A stretch of DNA of 64,000 nucleotides from positions 322,419 through 386,418 of the forward strand of contig MU058198.1 in NCBI GenBank assembly GCA_013265495.1, written 5' to 3'. The notes under the pieces are model-generated. The model ran no database searches. It saw nothing but the letters and a program-made list of their open reading frames with translations, and had not been told where the DNA came from. The stretch's first letter is position 1; every line of letters starts with the position of its first letter. Positions 1-12,249 of the stretch are shown piece after piece. This DNA is from Vicugna vicugna. Its lineage: Eukaryota. The position numbers were made by a program, and so were the translations under genes.

Positions 1-479
1 GGAAACAGAAACTTTAAGTAACTCACCAAAGGTCACACAACTCGTAAGAGGAAGAGCCAAGAGTCTAGCCCTGCCTGTCTGGCCCCAAAGTCTGGCTCTA
101 AACACTACCCTGAAGTGCCCCCACTTTCACAGGGAGGATTCTGGGGCCAGAGGGCCTGGATCAAATTCCAACCCGGCTACTTCCTAGCGAGCCATGTGAC
201 CCCAGGCACATTTTACACTCAGCTTCCCATCTGGAATAAGACTGTGGTGAAGATTCACCAAACAACGCATGGAGAGGACTCAGCACCCAGCAAGCAGTCA
301 CTGAACGGTAACTACTGCACTTCTTCAAGGATCAGTCACAACTTGTCACTTACAAGGTGCCTCTCCCCTCCCCGCCAGCCAGCAGCGTTCACTGCTCCCA
401 ACTTCATCATTCCAATCTTTGCTCATCCCTCTCTATGAGCAATGTGCTCATGGCATTCTTTTTTCTTTTTAAAACCACT

Positions 480-890
480 TTTTTAAACCAAACTGAGGCA
501 TGATTGACATACCGAAAGCTGTACGTATTCAATAAACACAATTTGATGAGTTTGGAGATCAGTATGCACCCGCGGAACCATCACCACAATCCGTGCCATG
601 AACATACCCATCACCTTCAGAAGTTCCCATCCGCTTTCTTTATTTCACTGTGTGTGTGTGGTGAGAGCATAAGCTCTACTCTGTTCGCAAATTTTGAAGT
701 CCTCAATAAAGTCCTGTTGATTTTATGCACTATGCCAGACAGGTCTCTATAATGTGCCCACCTAGCATAGCTGAAACCCACACCTCCCTGGCTCCGGCGC
801 CCACCGGCACCACATTCTACTCTCTGCACTTACGGGTTTGACCACGAGACTCCTCATGTTAGGAGGATTATGTGGTATTTGTTCTCAGCA
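480..890 (-). mobile_element. L1 3' fragment (L1MA/L1MB type)
   Basis: Typical L1M 3'UTR sequence in antisense; clearly related to 31722-32036. Confidence 0.75.
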
Positions 891-1094
891 TCCTTGTTAA
901 TTGCCCAAATGTCTGTCTTGTCAGCTAAATTCAAGAGCCTCTGCCTGGTGCTTGGTCGCATGCTGGTAACTGTGCTACATCGAGTCATCTCTCTGCAGAG
1001 CAGGGTGCGAGACTCGGGAGTCACCTAGACCAGGGCTACTCGAGAGAAAATAAACTCAAGCCAGAGGTACAAGACACACAGGTGACTGAAAATC

Positions 1095-1321
1095 TTCTAA
1101 ACCTCTCACAATCGTTTAAAAGTGCAAAGAAACGGGTTAAGTTAATACAGTATTTTATTTAACCCTATCTATCCCAAATATTATCAATACAAAAACATTT
1201 TAGTGAAACACTCTGAATTCTCTTTTTTTCATACTGGCTTCAAAATCCAGTGGGTATGTGACACGTGCAATGCATCTCAACTCGGCCACGTGTGGTGGTG
1301 GCCACCACACTGGACAGTGCC
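1095..1321. mobile_element. MER33-like hAT-Charlie DNA transposon
   Basis: Matches recalled consensus motifs (TATTTTATTTAACCC...GTGGCCACCACACTGGACAGTGC). Confidence 0.65.
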
Positions 1322-2355
1322 AGGCAGACCGGCACTCCCATTCTACAGATAGAAAGACTGAGGCCAGAGAAGCCCAACATTCCCTCCATTTCACTATTTC
1401 AAGCCCTTGAGCTTTTCTCTACTTCTTCTTCCCCATCAACTCCCAGGAAAGATCAGACATCGATCATTTCCACCTGAATTTAGGTTTTATCCCTCTTTTA
1501 GGTGAATTTCAGACAGCAGCTGAATGAGACAGGGGAGATACTCTGGGGGAGTGAAAAAAGGTCGGGAACCTTTGGGCTTTATCGTCCTTTTTCCTCCCCA
1601 CCCAAACTGTACCATCAGGTCAAACATGCAGGCCACACCGCAGAGTGGACAAACCGAGTGGCTTGAGAGTCAAATTCAGCCCATACATAGATTTTGCTTG
1701 TGTTTAAAAGCAAGGAAGTTTCATTTTAAAAACCCAGACTGCCAGTTTCTCTTTAGAAAGGGCAGGAGATACAACCCCACATGACCGGAGCTGAGTAGCC
1801 ACTGTCCCCTTTCAATGAGACAGCAACCCTTCGACCCGCCCCAGTCCCCACCCTGCCCTAGTGCAAGGCCGAGAGTCGGCTGCCATTTGTCGCTGGGTTA
1901 GGGGGATATTTCCTTCTCTCCAACCCTCTACACTCGGTCACTGACACAACCCACCTGGCCCCTGAAGTCGTTTGCATTTGCAGGCCCTGCTGTGCAGCAT
2001 GGTAACTAACACTTGCCTTTCAGGGTCTGAAATGATATATGCTGACAATGTCGTCAGCTGAGCCAATTCAATAAAACCTATGATCAGTACAAACACAAAT
2101 CAATCAAAATGATCGCTTCTGACCGAGCTCGGCAGAAATCTGGCGCAACGCCCTCCTCTGTCACACTGCCATTATCTCTCCGTCATCTTGTCTCCTGGGC
2201 TGTCACCCCACTACGCCCCCTCCCCTGTCCTTCACATCTTTCCCTGGGAATGCCAGCTCTCTTCCTCTGTCCCAGGGACCCAGCTGGTGGGACTGCATGT
2301 CGCAAATCCTGAACGGTGGCTGAGCAGACCCAGACGTCCCGGCAGAGAGGCTTAC

Positions 2356-2504
2356 TTGAAATCCTCCGGGTCAGGCTGTACGTGGACTTAGATGTGTCTG
2401 AGGACGAGCATCTCCGATCTGGGGAGTTGGTCCGTGGGGTCAGCGGGACTTCGCTGGCTGTGTGAACGGAGTCCCCATCCTTGTCACTGCTCCGGCTGGC
2501 CAAC
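2356..2504 (-). CDS. SYT17: Synaptotagmin-17 exon 4 (149 nt); gene continues beyond the left edge
   Basis: Pyrimidine tract plus TAG|G TTG GCC AGC...ATT TCA A|GTAAGC; encodes (L)LASRSSDKDGDSVHTASEVPLTPRTNSPDRRCSSSDTSKSTYSLTRRIS(S). Phase is compatible with exon 3. Confidence 0.95.
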
Positions 2505-3204
2505 CTATAAGAAAGAAGAGGTCTCAGTGATTGTCAAAGAATTCCCCAGGGGCAGGCATCTCTGTCCCGCGGGGGATAGACCTGTGACCAAACAGCTCTC
2601 AGACCCAGCTTAGGCTACTCGGAATAATACAAATTTGAAATAAACTCTCAGTAGACCTAAACTCTCAATAATGCTCTTTGCACAAAATGTGAAATGATAC
2701 GAATATTCCCCAATTTAGAACAATGTGTCAAAAGAATGTGCATAATTTCAAAGCTGAGGCTGGTAGGGGAGAGAGGTGTAAACTTATTCAGGATATTGCC
2801 ACAGGGGGGCGCCACGATGGCTAAATCAAGACAAGACTTGTCCTCTTCAGTCTGGAAGGAACCATGCGGCCGTTTACATGCAGCAGAATTTTCTGCAAGT
2901 GGTTTTTGGTGAGAAGTGTCCACCTATTTCAACAGTCACTGTGTCTGTAATTTAACATGTTTAAAAAATATCCTGTGACAATGTCACTCAAGGGTTCTTT
3001 TGAGTGGCAGAGCTAAGGCTACAAGAAGGCCCTGAGAATCAAGGATTTAAGAACAATAGTTCGATGTGAAGAAACAGAAGCAGCAGCCAGGGCTCAGTGT
3101 GCTCCCAACAGGGATGAGAAATGCAGAAAAAAAATGAAGAGCAGTTCCGGGGCGGGGGGATACAAGGCAGTAATTGAGAGTTGGTTCAAAGCAAGTCCCT
3201 CCCT

Positions 3205-3345
3205 CCTTCTTTCTGTGCCTCCATCTCCCCATCTGTAAAATGGGACTAGTAACAGTCCCTGACTTACACGGTTGCTGTGAACACATACAAAATGCTTAGA
3301 ACAGTGCTTGGTACGCTGTAGGCAGGTGTGCAACACATTTTAGCT
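3205..3345 (+). mobile_element. MIR fragment (one example of many MIR/L2 remnants in the window, not all listed)
   Basis: CTGTGCCTCCATCTCCCCATCTGTAAAATGGGA core sequence. Confidence 0.75.
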
Positions 3346-4750
3346 CATGTTATTACAGCAGAGGTGGCTTTAAGATCCCCCAATACTCACAACAGCTAGT
3401 AAGGATGCGGTGGGGTCGGGGGAGGGCTGGCAAAGTGGCCATGAGATTGTTTCTGCTGATAACAAACCCCTAAGCCCTCACGGCCATAGACCAATACCTT
3501 CCAAGGCTGCAGCCCACAACTTGACATTTAAAACCTCCGGAGAAACTAGGAGTCTGGAAAAATGCAACCTGCACATTCTGTGAGGCCTTCAGGTGCATGA
3601 TGCTGTGCTTAAAATGAGACTGATCTGATGTTCTTCCAAAGCCAGGGTCACAGCCAGGACAAGGCCGGGCATGTTACAAAGGGAGATGCCCAGGCCCTGC
3701 TTGCCTCCGGCTCCTGGTCTGGAGGAGGAGGATGGAGCAGCTGAAACGCTGAGGGGTGGACAGTGAGGAGTACAGAAAAGGGATCCTAGTACATCAATCA
3801 TTCTCTCTCTTCCTTAAGTGGAAGCAGCAGCATCTTTCAAGGCAGGCAGGACCAAGGCATTGGCCGCTGGGGTACCTCCACCTGCACAGCCTGTTTCCCG
3901 GCTGTCACATCGCACCGCCGCAGCTGCCTCCACCTGAGAAGCCCCGTCAGTCTTCAGGGACCAGCTTAACTGCCATCGCCTCCTGAAGCCCTAGTTGAGT
4001 CCTCTCAGACACGGCACCAATGTGTGCTGAGCCACCTTGCCCCTTCTGCAACCACCAAGCCTCCATGCCCTCTGTTCCTTCTGCCTGTAATGCTCTTCCT
4101 GTCCCCAACACCTGCCTCGTTCTGCCTGGTCATTCAGGTCTCAGCTTCAACAGCACCTCCTCAGAGAGGCCCCACCCTGTCCCGTCCCCACCTCCCGTCC
4201 CCGTCAGCCCCATCCTTGCGCCCTCTTCCCATGTCAGCACACACCTCTCCTTCAGCGGTGGCTCGCATGCTTATCCCGTGTCTGACACTAAGCCAATGCT
4301 CCCTGCGGGAGGGGCAGCATCTGCCTTATTCACCACTGCCCACCCTGCCCCAGTGCACCACCTGGCACATCTGGGGTATTTCAGTGTATTTTTTCAGTGA
4401 ATGAATGAATAAATGAATACGCCTTTCTTGTGGTTCTTATCTTGTGTCACAGTGATCTGAGTGCGTCTTGTCACCCCTCCTGTAACAGCGTACAGTTCTT
4501 AGTGGTGGGATCTGTACTTATTATGATCAAAGGTACTAGGTGCTGAGCACCTACTAAGTGTCAGGTGCTGTGCTCAATGCTCGTATAAACTCTCATTTCA
4601 TCTTTGAGGCCATCCAGGAGTTAGGTGTTATTAACCACCCCCACCTCCTTTACAGACAGGGAAATGGAAGCCCCAGTTGGGTGGAGGGAGGGACGGCGAA
4701 TTCATTGGCACCACTGTTAAATGGGAGGACCCCAGCGGAGTCCAGCACTA

Positions 4751-4790
4751 CCAGACTCCAGATCACATGCCCAGACTCCAGATCACGTGA
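4751..4790. repeat. 20-bp tandem duplication
   Basis: CCAGACTCCAGATCACATGC / CCAGACTCCAGATCACGTGA. Confidence 0.85.
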
Positions 4791-5801
4791 CTGAGCTGGG
4801 CAGCCCCTGGGAGGCCTATAAGAGCCTTGCACATAGTAGGTCCTCAACACATGCTGTTAAGACAAAAAAATAACCACTCTTCAATAAGGGTCTTTCTGGC
4901 ACTGCCCAAAAGGAGCCAGTGGGATTGTATGGTTTTCCTGACCCTCACAGCCCAGCCCAGCCAAGGAAAGCTGGGGGACCCACAGGACAGAAGATGATAA
5001 TTAATGGCATGTCCCCCAAAATCACACAGACAGAGGGCCAGCTCATCTGCCACGTGCCACCCCACAGAGAGGCACGTTCTGTCGTTGCCAGCTCAAATGT
5101 CACAGTAGGTCTGGTACGGCAAAGCCGGTACGCTTGACATTTCTACTCCCTGCCTGTTTGACAACATGCAACTGCCCACTTGGTAAATAAATCTGGGGAA
5201 AGCACAAGCTGTAAATTCTCTTTTTGAAGGATTTAACCTGCCTCCCCTTTACAGATTCCTCTTAACACTGCATCATGCTGACTGCCAGAAATGCACTGAG
5301 TGCTGCCCAGGATTCAAGGAAGACCTGGGAAGCATGAAGGTCATGTACAGTAGTTCAGACCGTACACTGCACAACTCTAGGTGGTCCCACTCATAATGAC
5401 CACCAGGTGAAGGGTGCCTCCTGAAGCTGTGCGATGTGTTTGCTCTGCTGGGAAGGCCCCAGCCTACTTCTCTGCTTGTGGCAAAACCAAAACAAGTGTC
5501 TTTCCAGTGGTTCCCAACCCAGAAAGAATCCCTCGCTTGCACAAAGGGTCAGCAGCCTAGACAAAGCACAACTGTCCTTCAAGTCAGAAGCCAGGCATCT
5601 GTAAAACTCGACACCTGTAACAAACAGATACCAGGCTGCGATTTTCAGTGTCTACCACGGGTCTCTCCTGGCTCGGAAGAAAACTCAAATTCCTTAATCT
5701 GCCATCGGAGAGCCTCCACGACCTAAGCTCGCAGGCTCATTTTCTATGAAGCCCTCAACTCTTCCTAGATATAGTGCCCATTTGTGGTGTGTCTGTCACC
5801 C

Positions 5802-6004
5802 AGGTCAGCAAACTACAGGGCCAAATCCATTGCCTGATTTTGTGGAAGTGTTACTGGAACACAGCCACACCCATTCATTACTGAGTGGTCTATGGCTGTC
5901 TTCCCACAACAATGACAGAAGTGAGCAACTGCAACAGAGACTAAACTTGTGAGGCTGAAATATTTCTTATCTGGGCCTTTACAGGAGAAGTTTGCCAACC
6001 TCTG
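5802..6004. mobile_element. MER58A-like hAT-Charlie MITE
   Basis: Inverted termini GGTCAGCAAAC ... GTTTGCCAACCTCTG with typical internal sequence. Confidence 0.75.
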
Positions 6005-8238
6005 TTCGACTAGCTTATGTTTCAGGTGGAATAATCCTTCCCCTGGTTCCAGGATAGTCAAGCAACACAGGCATGACCTAGCACCTTTTCCCCCAAGCAA
6101 AAGTGATTGGATCAAGTGACTGGCACATGACCCAAGCCAGGGCAATGAGAGCCTTTCCTGATAGTTTTGCTGCTGTTAAAAATGAGACAAAGGAAAAAAA
6201 AGCAAGCTTAAGAATGAGGCTAATACGGAAGAATCAGAAAGAAAAAGAGAGAGAGGGCACATGCATGCACGCCCATGACATCATTTGAGTCCCTGGATCC
6301 AGCTATGCCTGAAACCATTCTCCCAGGATTTTTCCATAACAAAACTCTATGCAGGACTGCCATACATGCACAGGGTTTCAATGCACAACTGAACTTATGT
6401 ACCTGCTTCATCTCCTCTACTAGATTTTAAATCCTCTGAGCATGGTAACAGGACTCTATCTAGCCTTGTGCACCCCACAGTGCCTGGCACCCAGGGTGTG
6501 CTCAAGAAATAACTACCAAAGAAACTGAGATTAATCTTTCAACTAGATGATTGGCATTTTCAGGACTCAGTGTCTGCCTGGAGGTTGGTCAGCTGGTCAA
6601 TAACTACTTTTTGGAATGAACAAAACAGATAATAGCCCTGCCATCACAGAGCTGGAATTATTCTGAGCATGGTTTTAAAGACACCAGATGGGCTGAGCCA
6701 GCCTCCGTCACTGGAAAATGGGAATGATCTCTTGATTAACGAGTTGGTTTCACCAAACATCTCAACTCTACGCCCACCTGCAGGGTTCAGGCTACGACCT
6801 ACAGATAACGGAAAGTTCATTAAACTGCCTTTCCATCAGTTTAATGGATCTCTATCAATACCTAATAATGACAGAGATGAATACTTACTACTGTGCTAAG
6901 TAAGCATGTCACGTGCATATCTCATTACTCTTAACAGCAATCCTATCAAGGAAGTTCTATTACCTTTCCCACTTTATGGATGGGGAAACCCAGACCAAAA
7001 TAGGGTAAAAAGAATCACTCCTGTTTATGATTGCCAACAAGGCAGCAGGCATTCTTAGGTGCTTTTCCATACACTAATTCACACAATCACCACAACAACC
7101 CCATGAGATCAATTCTTTTTATCAGCCCCATTTTGCAGAGGGAAATCACGGCACAAAAAGATCAAGCAACTTCCCGAGGTCACAGAACTAGAAAAAAGGA
7201 GGAGAAATAGATTTGAACTCACAGAGCCTGACACAGAGCCATTTTGCTGTGGAAATATTTGACATGTGCTTTTAAGAAAAGAGGATGGAGGCATGCCCCC
7301 CCCCAACTTGGAGAGAAAGATGAGGCACCAGAGGCTTTTGGGATCTTGGCCCAAGAGTTTAGCTGAGACAGCACTGGAAGCCCACTGAGGATCTGGCTAT
7401 GGGCCATCACACTGTCTTTCCACCTCTCTGGGCCTCCTCCTCTGTATCATGAGAAGCTGCAGTTGATGGTTCACAGCCCTTGGCCCTCCACATTCAACCC
7501 AGACTCTCTGGCCACGTCCCTCTCCCAGCCACAGAGAGGTGGACCAGACACGTGGCTGAGAAGCTTCAAAACCACGTTCCCAAAATATCCAAGCGACTGG
7601 CAGATGGAGATGCTGTATGCAGGCGCGGGAGGAGAACGAATTGGAAATAAAACGAAAGATGCCAGAGAGAACATAAACAGCGTTGGAGGACATGACGGAG
7701 CCTGGAGGGGCTTTTCTGCCTCCCTGTTTCTGAAGTTCTTGTTTGAACCAGCAAAGAGGCACTTGTTTGTTCATTCCATCCACCCATCCATGCCACAAAC
7801 ACTTACTGAGCATCTACCATGTGCCAGGCACCGGGCCAGGTGCTAGGACAACTTCTGACACTGACTTGGCGGGAAATCTTTAGGATTTGGACATCCCTTG
7901 AAGAATATAGATGCTCACAGATCTCCTTCTTCGCTTGGAACCACACTCAACGTGATTAAAAGTGCCCATGTGCTTAGCATTACACACAGTCCATATCTCA
8001 GAAGGCCCGGTGTGAAACCCACTGAACTGAAGCCCTGCTGCCAGCTGGTCTCCCCAGCCTGGGAGCAAAGAGAGGCCCAGAGCACCCCAGCAGCAGCTGA
8101 GCAGTCAGTGGAAACTCAGCCCTTTCCTCTTTAATACCCCAAATCCTCCTTCCCGGAGCCCAGACGCCCTCTCAGAAACCACGAGAAATGAAAGGTCTTG
8201 AGACTGCTTTCCAGGAAGTTCGGAGCAGTCCTACTTAC

Positions 8239-8387
8239 AGCCAGGGAGGAGTCTGGGCAGGGAAAGGTCCCAGAATTTCGACTTCATCCTCGCTCGACTG
8301 GCAACAGCTGGACTCATAGCACTTCTGACAGCAGTGCCGGCAAGTCCATCTGCAGAGCAGCAGATCGGAGATTCTAGAAAGAAAACC
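8239..8387 (-). CDS. SYT17: Synaptotagmin-17 exon 3 (149 nt), N-terminal cysteine cluster
   Basis: CAG|GGT...TGG CT|GTAAGT; encodes GFLSRISDLLLCRWTCRHCCQKCYESSCCQSSEDEVEILGPFPAQTPPW(L). Confidence 0.95.
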
Positions 8388-9041
8388 CTGAGGCCATTGG
8401 GGGAGGCGGGCAGCGGAGAGGGGCAGAGGGGAGGTGGGAAGGGTGGAGGGGAAGAAGAGGAAAAACACGCAAAATTACAGGCAGCCGATCCCTGGTGAGA
8501 AAGAACGACATTTAGGAGGTCTGTCTCTGCTGCTGATCACTTAGAACAAAATGTTTTCCGTTTCTATTTACCAACTGCAGGCACAAAGATGGCAAACACC
8601 AACTCGCCGGAGCCACTAACGGCGAGCAAAACATTTGCAGGTATTTTCTTTTGTAGTTTATGTGAACGTCTTTCTTGACAGGTGGGTTGTTTATTCAACA
8701 CCATGAGGGCCATGCAGTATGTTCTCGAAACACAATGAATATTACTCTGTCTTCTTGAAAGCAAAGCAAAAATGTATTTTTAAAATAATCTCATGACATG
8801 AAAGTAAATGGACATAATCAAATGGAAAAAGGAGGAGGCGGAGAAGGAAACCTATCTCATCGACCAGCGCCCTTTCACCGGGATCTCCCTTCCAGAGAAA
8901 GGCATCGGAACTGCGCCGTTAGCAACATCCGGGTGCTGTTTAACAGTCCATACCCCCGCACCCCCACGTAAGGCTCCAAAATGAAGAGCAAGCATTTCTT
9001 GATTAGAAGCCAGACCAAACAAAATCACAGAATTAACTCAC

Positions 9042-9059
9042 CTCATTTAAAGGTTCCAA
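9042..9059 (-). CDS. SYT17: Synaptotagmin-17 exon 2, 18-nt microexon (LEPLNE)
   Basis: CAG|TTG GAA CCT TTA AAT GAG|GTGAGT; phase 0/0; joins MAYIQ to GFLSR. Confidence 0.92.
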
Positions 9060-9117
9060 CTGCCCTTTTAGAGATCCATGATGAAGCCATGGGGTGTTGG
9101 GGGCGAGGGGGTGACAC

Positions 9118-9151
9118 AGAGAGAGAATGAGAGAGAGAGAGAGAGAGAGAG
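9118..9151. repeat. (GA)n microsatellite; (CT)n on the SYT17 sense strand
   Basis: Direct reading. Confidence 0.9.
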
Positions 9152-9255
9152 ACCAGTTTAGCGATATTCCAGCAACTCGAAAAAGAAAAAGAAGAAGAAG
9201 GAAAACAAAAAACAAACAACAAAAAACAAAAAAAGCCCTGCTTCTTTCCACTTAC

Positions 9256-9258
9256 CAT
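9256..9258 (-). CDS. SYT17: Putative alternative first exon (1b) of SYT17 whose coding part is only the ATG
   Basis: Minus strand reads CCAGGATG|GTAAGT, a consensus donor directly after an ATG. Phase-0 splicing to 9059 gives MLEPLNEGFLSR. Confidence 0.7.
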
Positions 9259-9379
9259 CCTGGGAAGGGCGCTGACTTCCTAACAAGGTGTTGCTACCTG
9301 CAGGGCTGCTGGTAGCCTCCTGGCTAACCAACACCGAATAAATGGGAAACTTTAGCATTTCGATTTGATTTGCACCGTA

Positions 9380-9700
9380 TGCTGTTATGAATCAGAGCGG
9401 GCGGATAGATAGTCATGCTATCCAACGCAGCCACACTTCGGGAGAGGAGCAAACCCTCCTATACAGAAATAGCCATGAAGCCAACCCAAGAGGACACGGT
9501 TAGCTAACACGCAGGCAGGCGCAGCGTGGATGTGACTTGGCTCCCCCGCCCTCCCAGAGGCCCTACCTTCCAATTCTGCTCCAATAGTGTTGGTGGGGAG
9601 CCTCATATGACCACCCACAAATAGAGGGAGCGAAAAGAAAGCCATAATCTGGTCCTGGGGGCCGGGTGCTCCTTCCTTTCATCAGCTCCGCCCCCACCCC
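9380..9700 (-). promoter_or_regulatory. Candidate alternative SYT17 promoter upstream of exon 1b
   Basis: GC boxes (GGGCGG ~9399, CCCGCCC ~9545, CCGCCC ~9688) and CCAAT (9570, 9581) in unique sequence with several retained CpGs, just 5' of the ATG|GTAAGT exon end. Confidence 0.45.
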
Positions 9701-11040
9701 ATCTTCTCACAGGTTCCCAAGGCATAGGCTCCCTTCTCCTCTTCCAGGGAGGAGTCTAAATGGCTTTCCAAAAGGGTCACCTTTTGCAACCAGGTAGGTT
9801 AAGGGGAGTCTCCCATCAAACGCAGAACTTTGACCCAAGAGGGAGAAAGTTAATTGTTCAATTCTCTTGCAAGGAGGAGAAAATCTTAACTTGGTACTAC
9901 TGTACGTAACATCTTTCCAACAGCTGCAAATCCCACCCACCCGCGCTTCTCTTCCTTTTTAAACAGAGAGCAGACCCCAGCTCAGAGCCTTGGAGACAAC
10001 GTATCCGGCTAGAATCCAAGAATGTGGTATTCTTCTCATTGTGTTTATTTTTCCATTTGCCTCCGGTTTATATCAAGTGATCCTGGATTTCTATTATGGT
10101 AGTGACATAAAGTTTCTTTTTCATATTTTTTTTGAAGTTTAAAAAAGCGCAAATCCGTGTATTAAAAAAAAGTAAGTAAATAACAGCACAGGTGGAACGT
10201 AGCTCATGAAAAACTCAAAATCTTTGAAGTGATAAGGGATTTATTATAGTTTGGGAAACAAAGTCTTGGGCACTAATCCCATACTCTTCTGAAAACAAAA
10301 CTCAAATCACTCACAGAGCAAGACCTAGAGGTCTTGGGGTCAGGGAGTTGGGGGCCCATGCAAACTGAGTGGAGAAGTGCTAGTTCTGGCCTCACCACTG
10401 GCCGATCACATCACTCGGGCGAGTCAGGGGGCTACTCTGAGCCTCGGTCACGTCTTTTCTTTAGTGGAAGGGCTAAGTTAGGGCGCTGACTATGAAAACA
10501 TTTGTGTGCTACCCAGCTGCAAAGTATCTGTACCCTTTCTGCGGCTTATGAGTACCAGGCAGGGTGTCCAGTCCGACTGGAGGCTGCTAGGCACCAGAGA
10601 CTGTCCTGATCAATACAGCGGTGAACAAGCAGCAAAAAGCTGTGCCCTCGTGGGGCTTACGTGAGAAAGTGCTTTAAAATGCTAGCGGTAAAGTGCAAGG
10701 ATAAAGTGATGCTTTTTCACAACAATCCACGCTCATGGGGGCACGTTTCCTGAGTACGTAGAGACCAGAAGAGAACCATTTCTAAAACTATGATGAGCAG
10801 GGACAAGGCCACCTCACGGCCCCTGCTGAGGGACGACTGCAGCTTTCCCAAGGCCCAGGTGCAAGACGAACGTCAGGAAGAAACCAAGGAAGATGAAGAA
10901 AGAGGAAAGGGAAGATGCTCTGAGGCTCCCAAGCATGCTGAGTCTCTTTCCACATTGGGTTCATGTGTTTGATCTAATGGAGAACTGATTCAAGCCACAA
11001 AAAAATTAAAAAGAGGAAGGAAAATCCAGATGTTCTAGAT

Positions 11041-11376
11041 CAGGGGGTGCAAGCTATGACTCACAGACCAAATCCAGCCCGCAGACTGTTTTCCTGTGGC
11101 CCTCTAGCCAAGGATGGTTTGTACATCTTTAAATGGCTGGAGAAAAAATTCTAAAGGCGATGAATACTGTTTGACTCATGCAAAGTGTATGAAATTCAAT
11201 TTCACTGTCCACAAATAAAGTTTTATTTAAACATAGCCACGTCCATTCGTTTATTATTGTCTATGACTGTTTAGTGCCATAGTCCAGAGGTGATCAGTTG
11301 TGATACAGACCATGCAGCCCCTTAAGAAAAAAAAAAACTTACTATCTGGCCCTTTGCAGAAAAGTTTAACACTTTG
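11041..11376. mobile_element. MER58B-like hAT-Charlie element
   Basis: CAGGGGGTGCAAGCTATG...AATAAAGTTTTATT...CTGGCCCTTTGCAGAAAAGTTT. Confidence 0.7.
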
Positions 11377-12249
11377 TTCTAGAAGAAAAGTCAACATCAC
11401 CGGGCCATCCTCATACTAGAGGCTTAACAAATTCCCGCCAATTCCCACCATCACCCCTATTAGGCCTCACCGTCACCCCCTAAGCACGTGTGTGGCCGTG
11501 GACAAGTTACTTCATTTCTCTGTGCTGAAGGTAGCCATGAGAACTGTAGAAACCTGTTCTAATGTTGTTCATATCTCACTGGGTTGTGTGTTCCGAGGGG
11601 CAGGGATAGTACTGCCTTCCCAGCTCTGTCACCAGTGCCCACACATATCAGGTGGTCACCCAAGTGTTTGTTGAGTGACTGTTGAACAGCCCCCTCAACA
11701 ACAGCCACATAGTAGGTGAACAGCAAATGTGACCTTCACCGGGCTTGAAAAGATGACCTCAGGATTCCGTGAAAAGGAAGTCAATGGAGCGAACCTAAGC
11801 CAGGAGAGGGATGGGGAGGCTACACCAGGTGGCAGAGCGGAGTTCCTGGCCGGTGGAAAAGTCTGATGACAAGATGAGGGGATGTGTGCGCCAAAGGGGA
11901 AGGAGGGCACCGGCAGCCCCCCAGCTGCAGCCAGGGGGAGAAGTGAGCCCAGATGCACCCTGAATGTGGGAGCCTGTAGATTCCTGTGCCAGGCTCAGAG
12001 GGGCCAGCCTCAGAAGCAAGCAGCTCTACGGGTCTGACTGCGTGACCTTGGCGCTGGCCTGCCGCCACTTCCTCCCTTGTACTGGGGAGAAAGGTCTTCT
12101 AGTCAAGCAGCCACCCTCTTCCCAAAAAATGGGTTTGGAAATTATTTCAGCCTAATAATTCTTGAGGAGGTCTCCCCAGGATGGGGGTCCACAACTCCCA
12201 GACCCCAATGCAATGGCCTAAAGTTATCGGCTGCCCCCCTACCAAACAC

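Noticed and set aside
2356..8387. SYT17 exons 3 and 4 are both 149 nt, suggesting exon duplication
   Set aside because: No sequence similarity and different phases; treated as coincidence.
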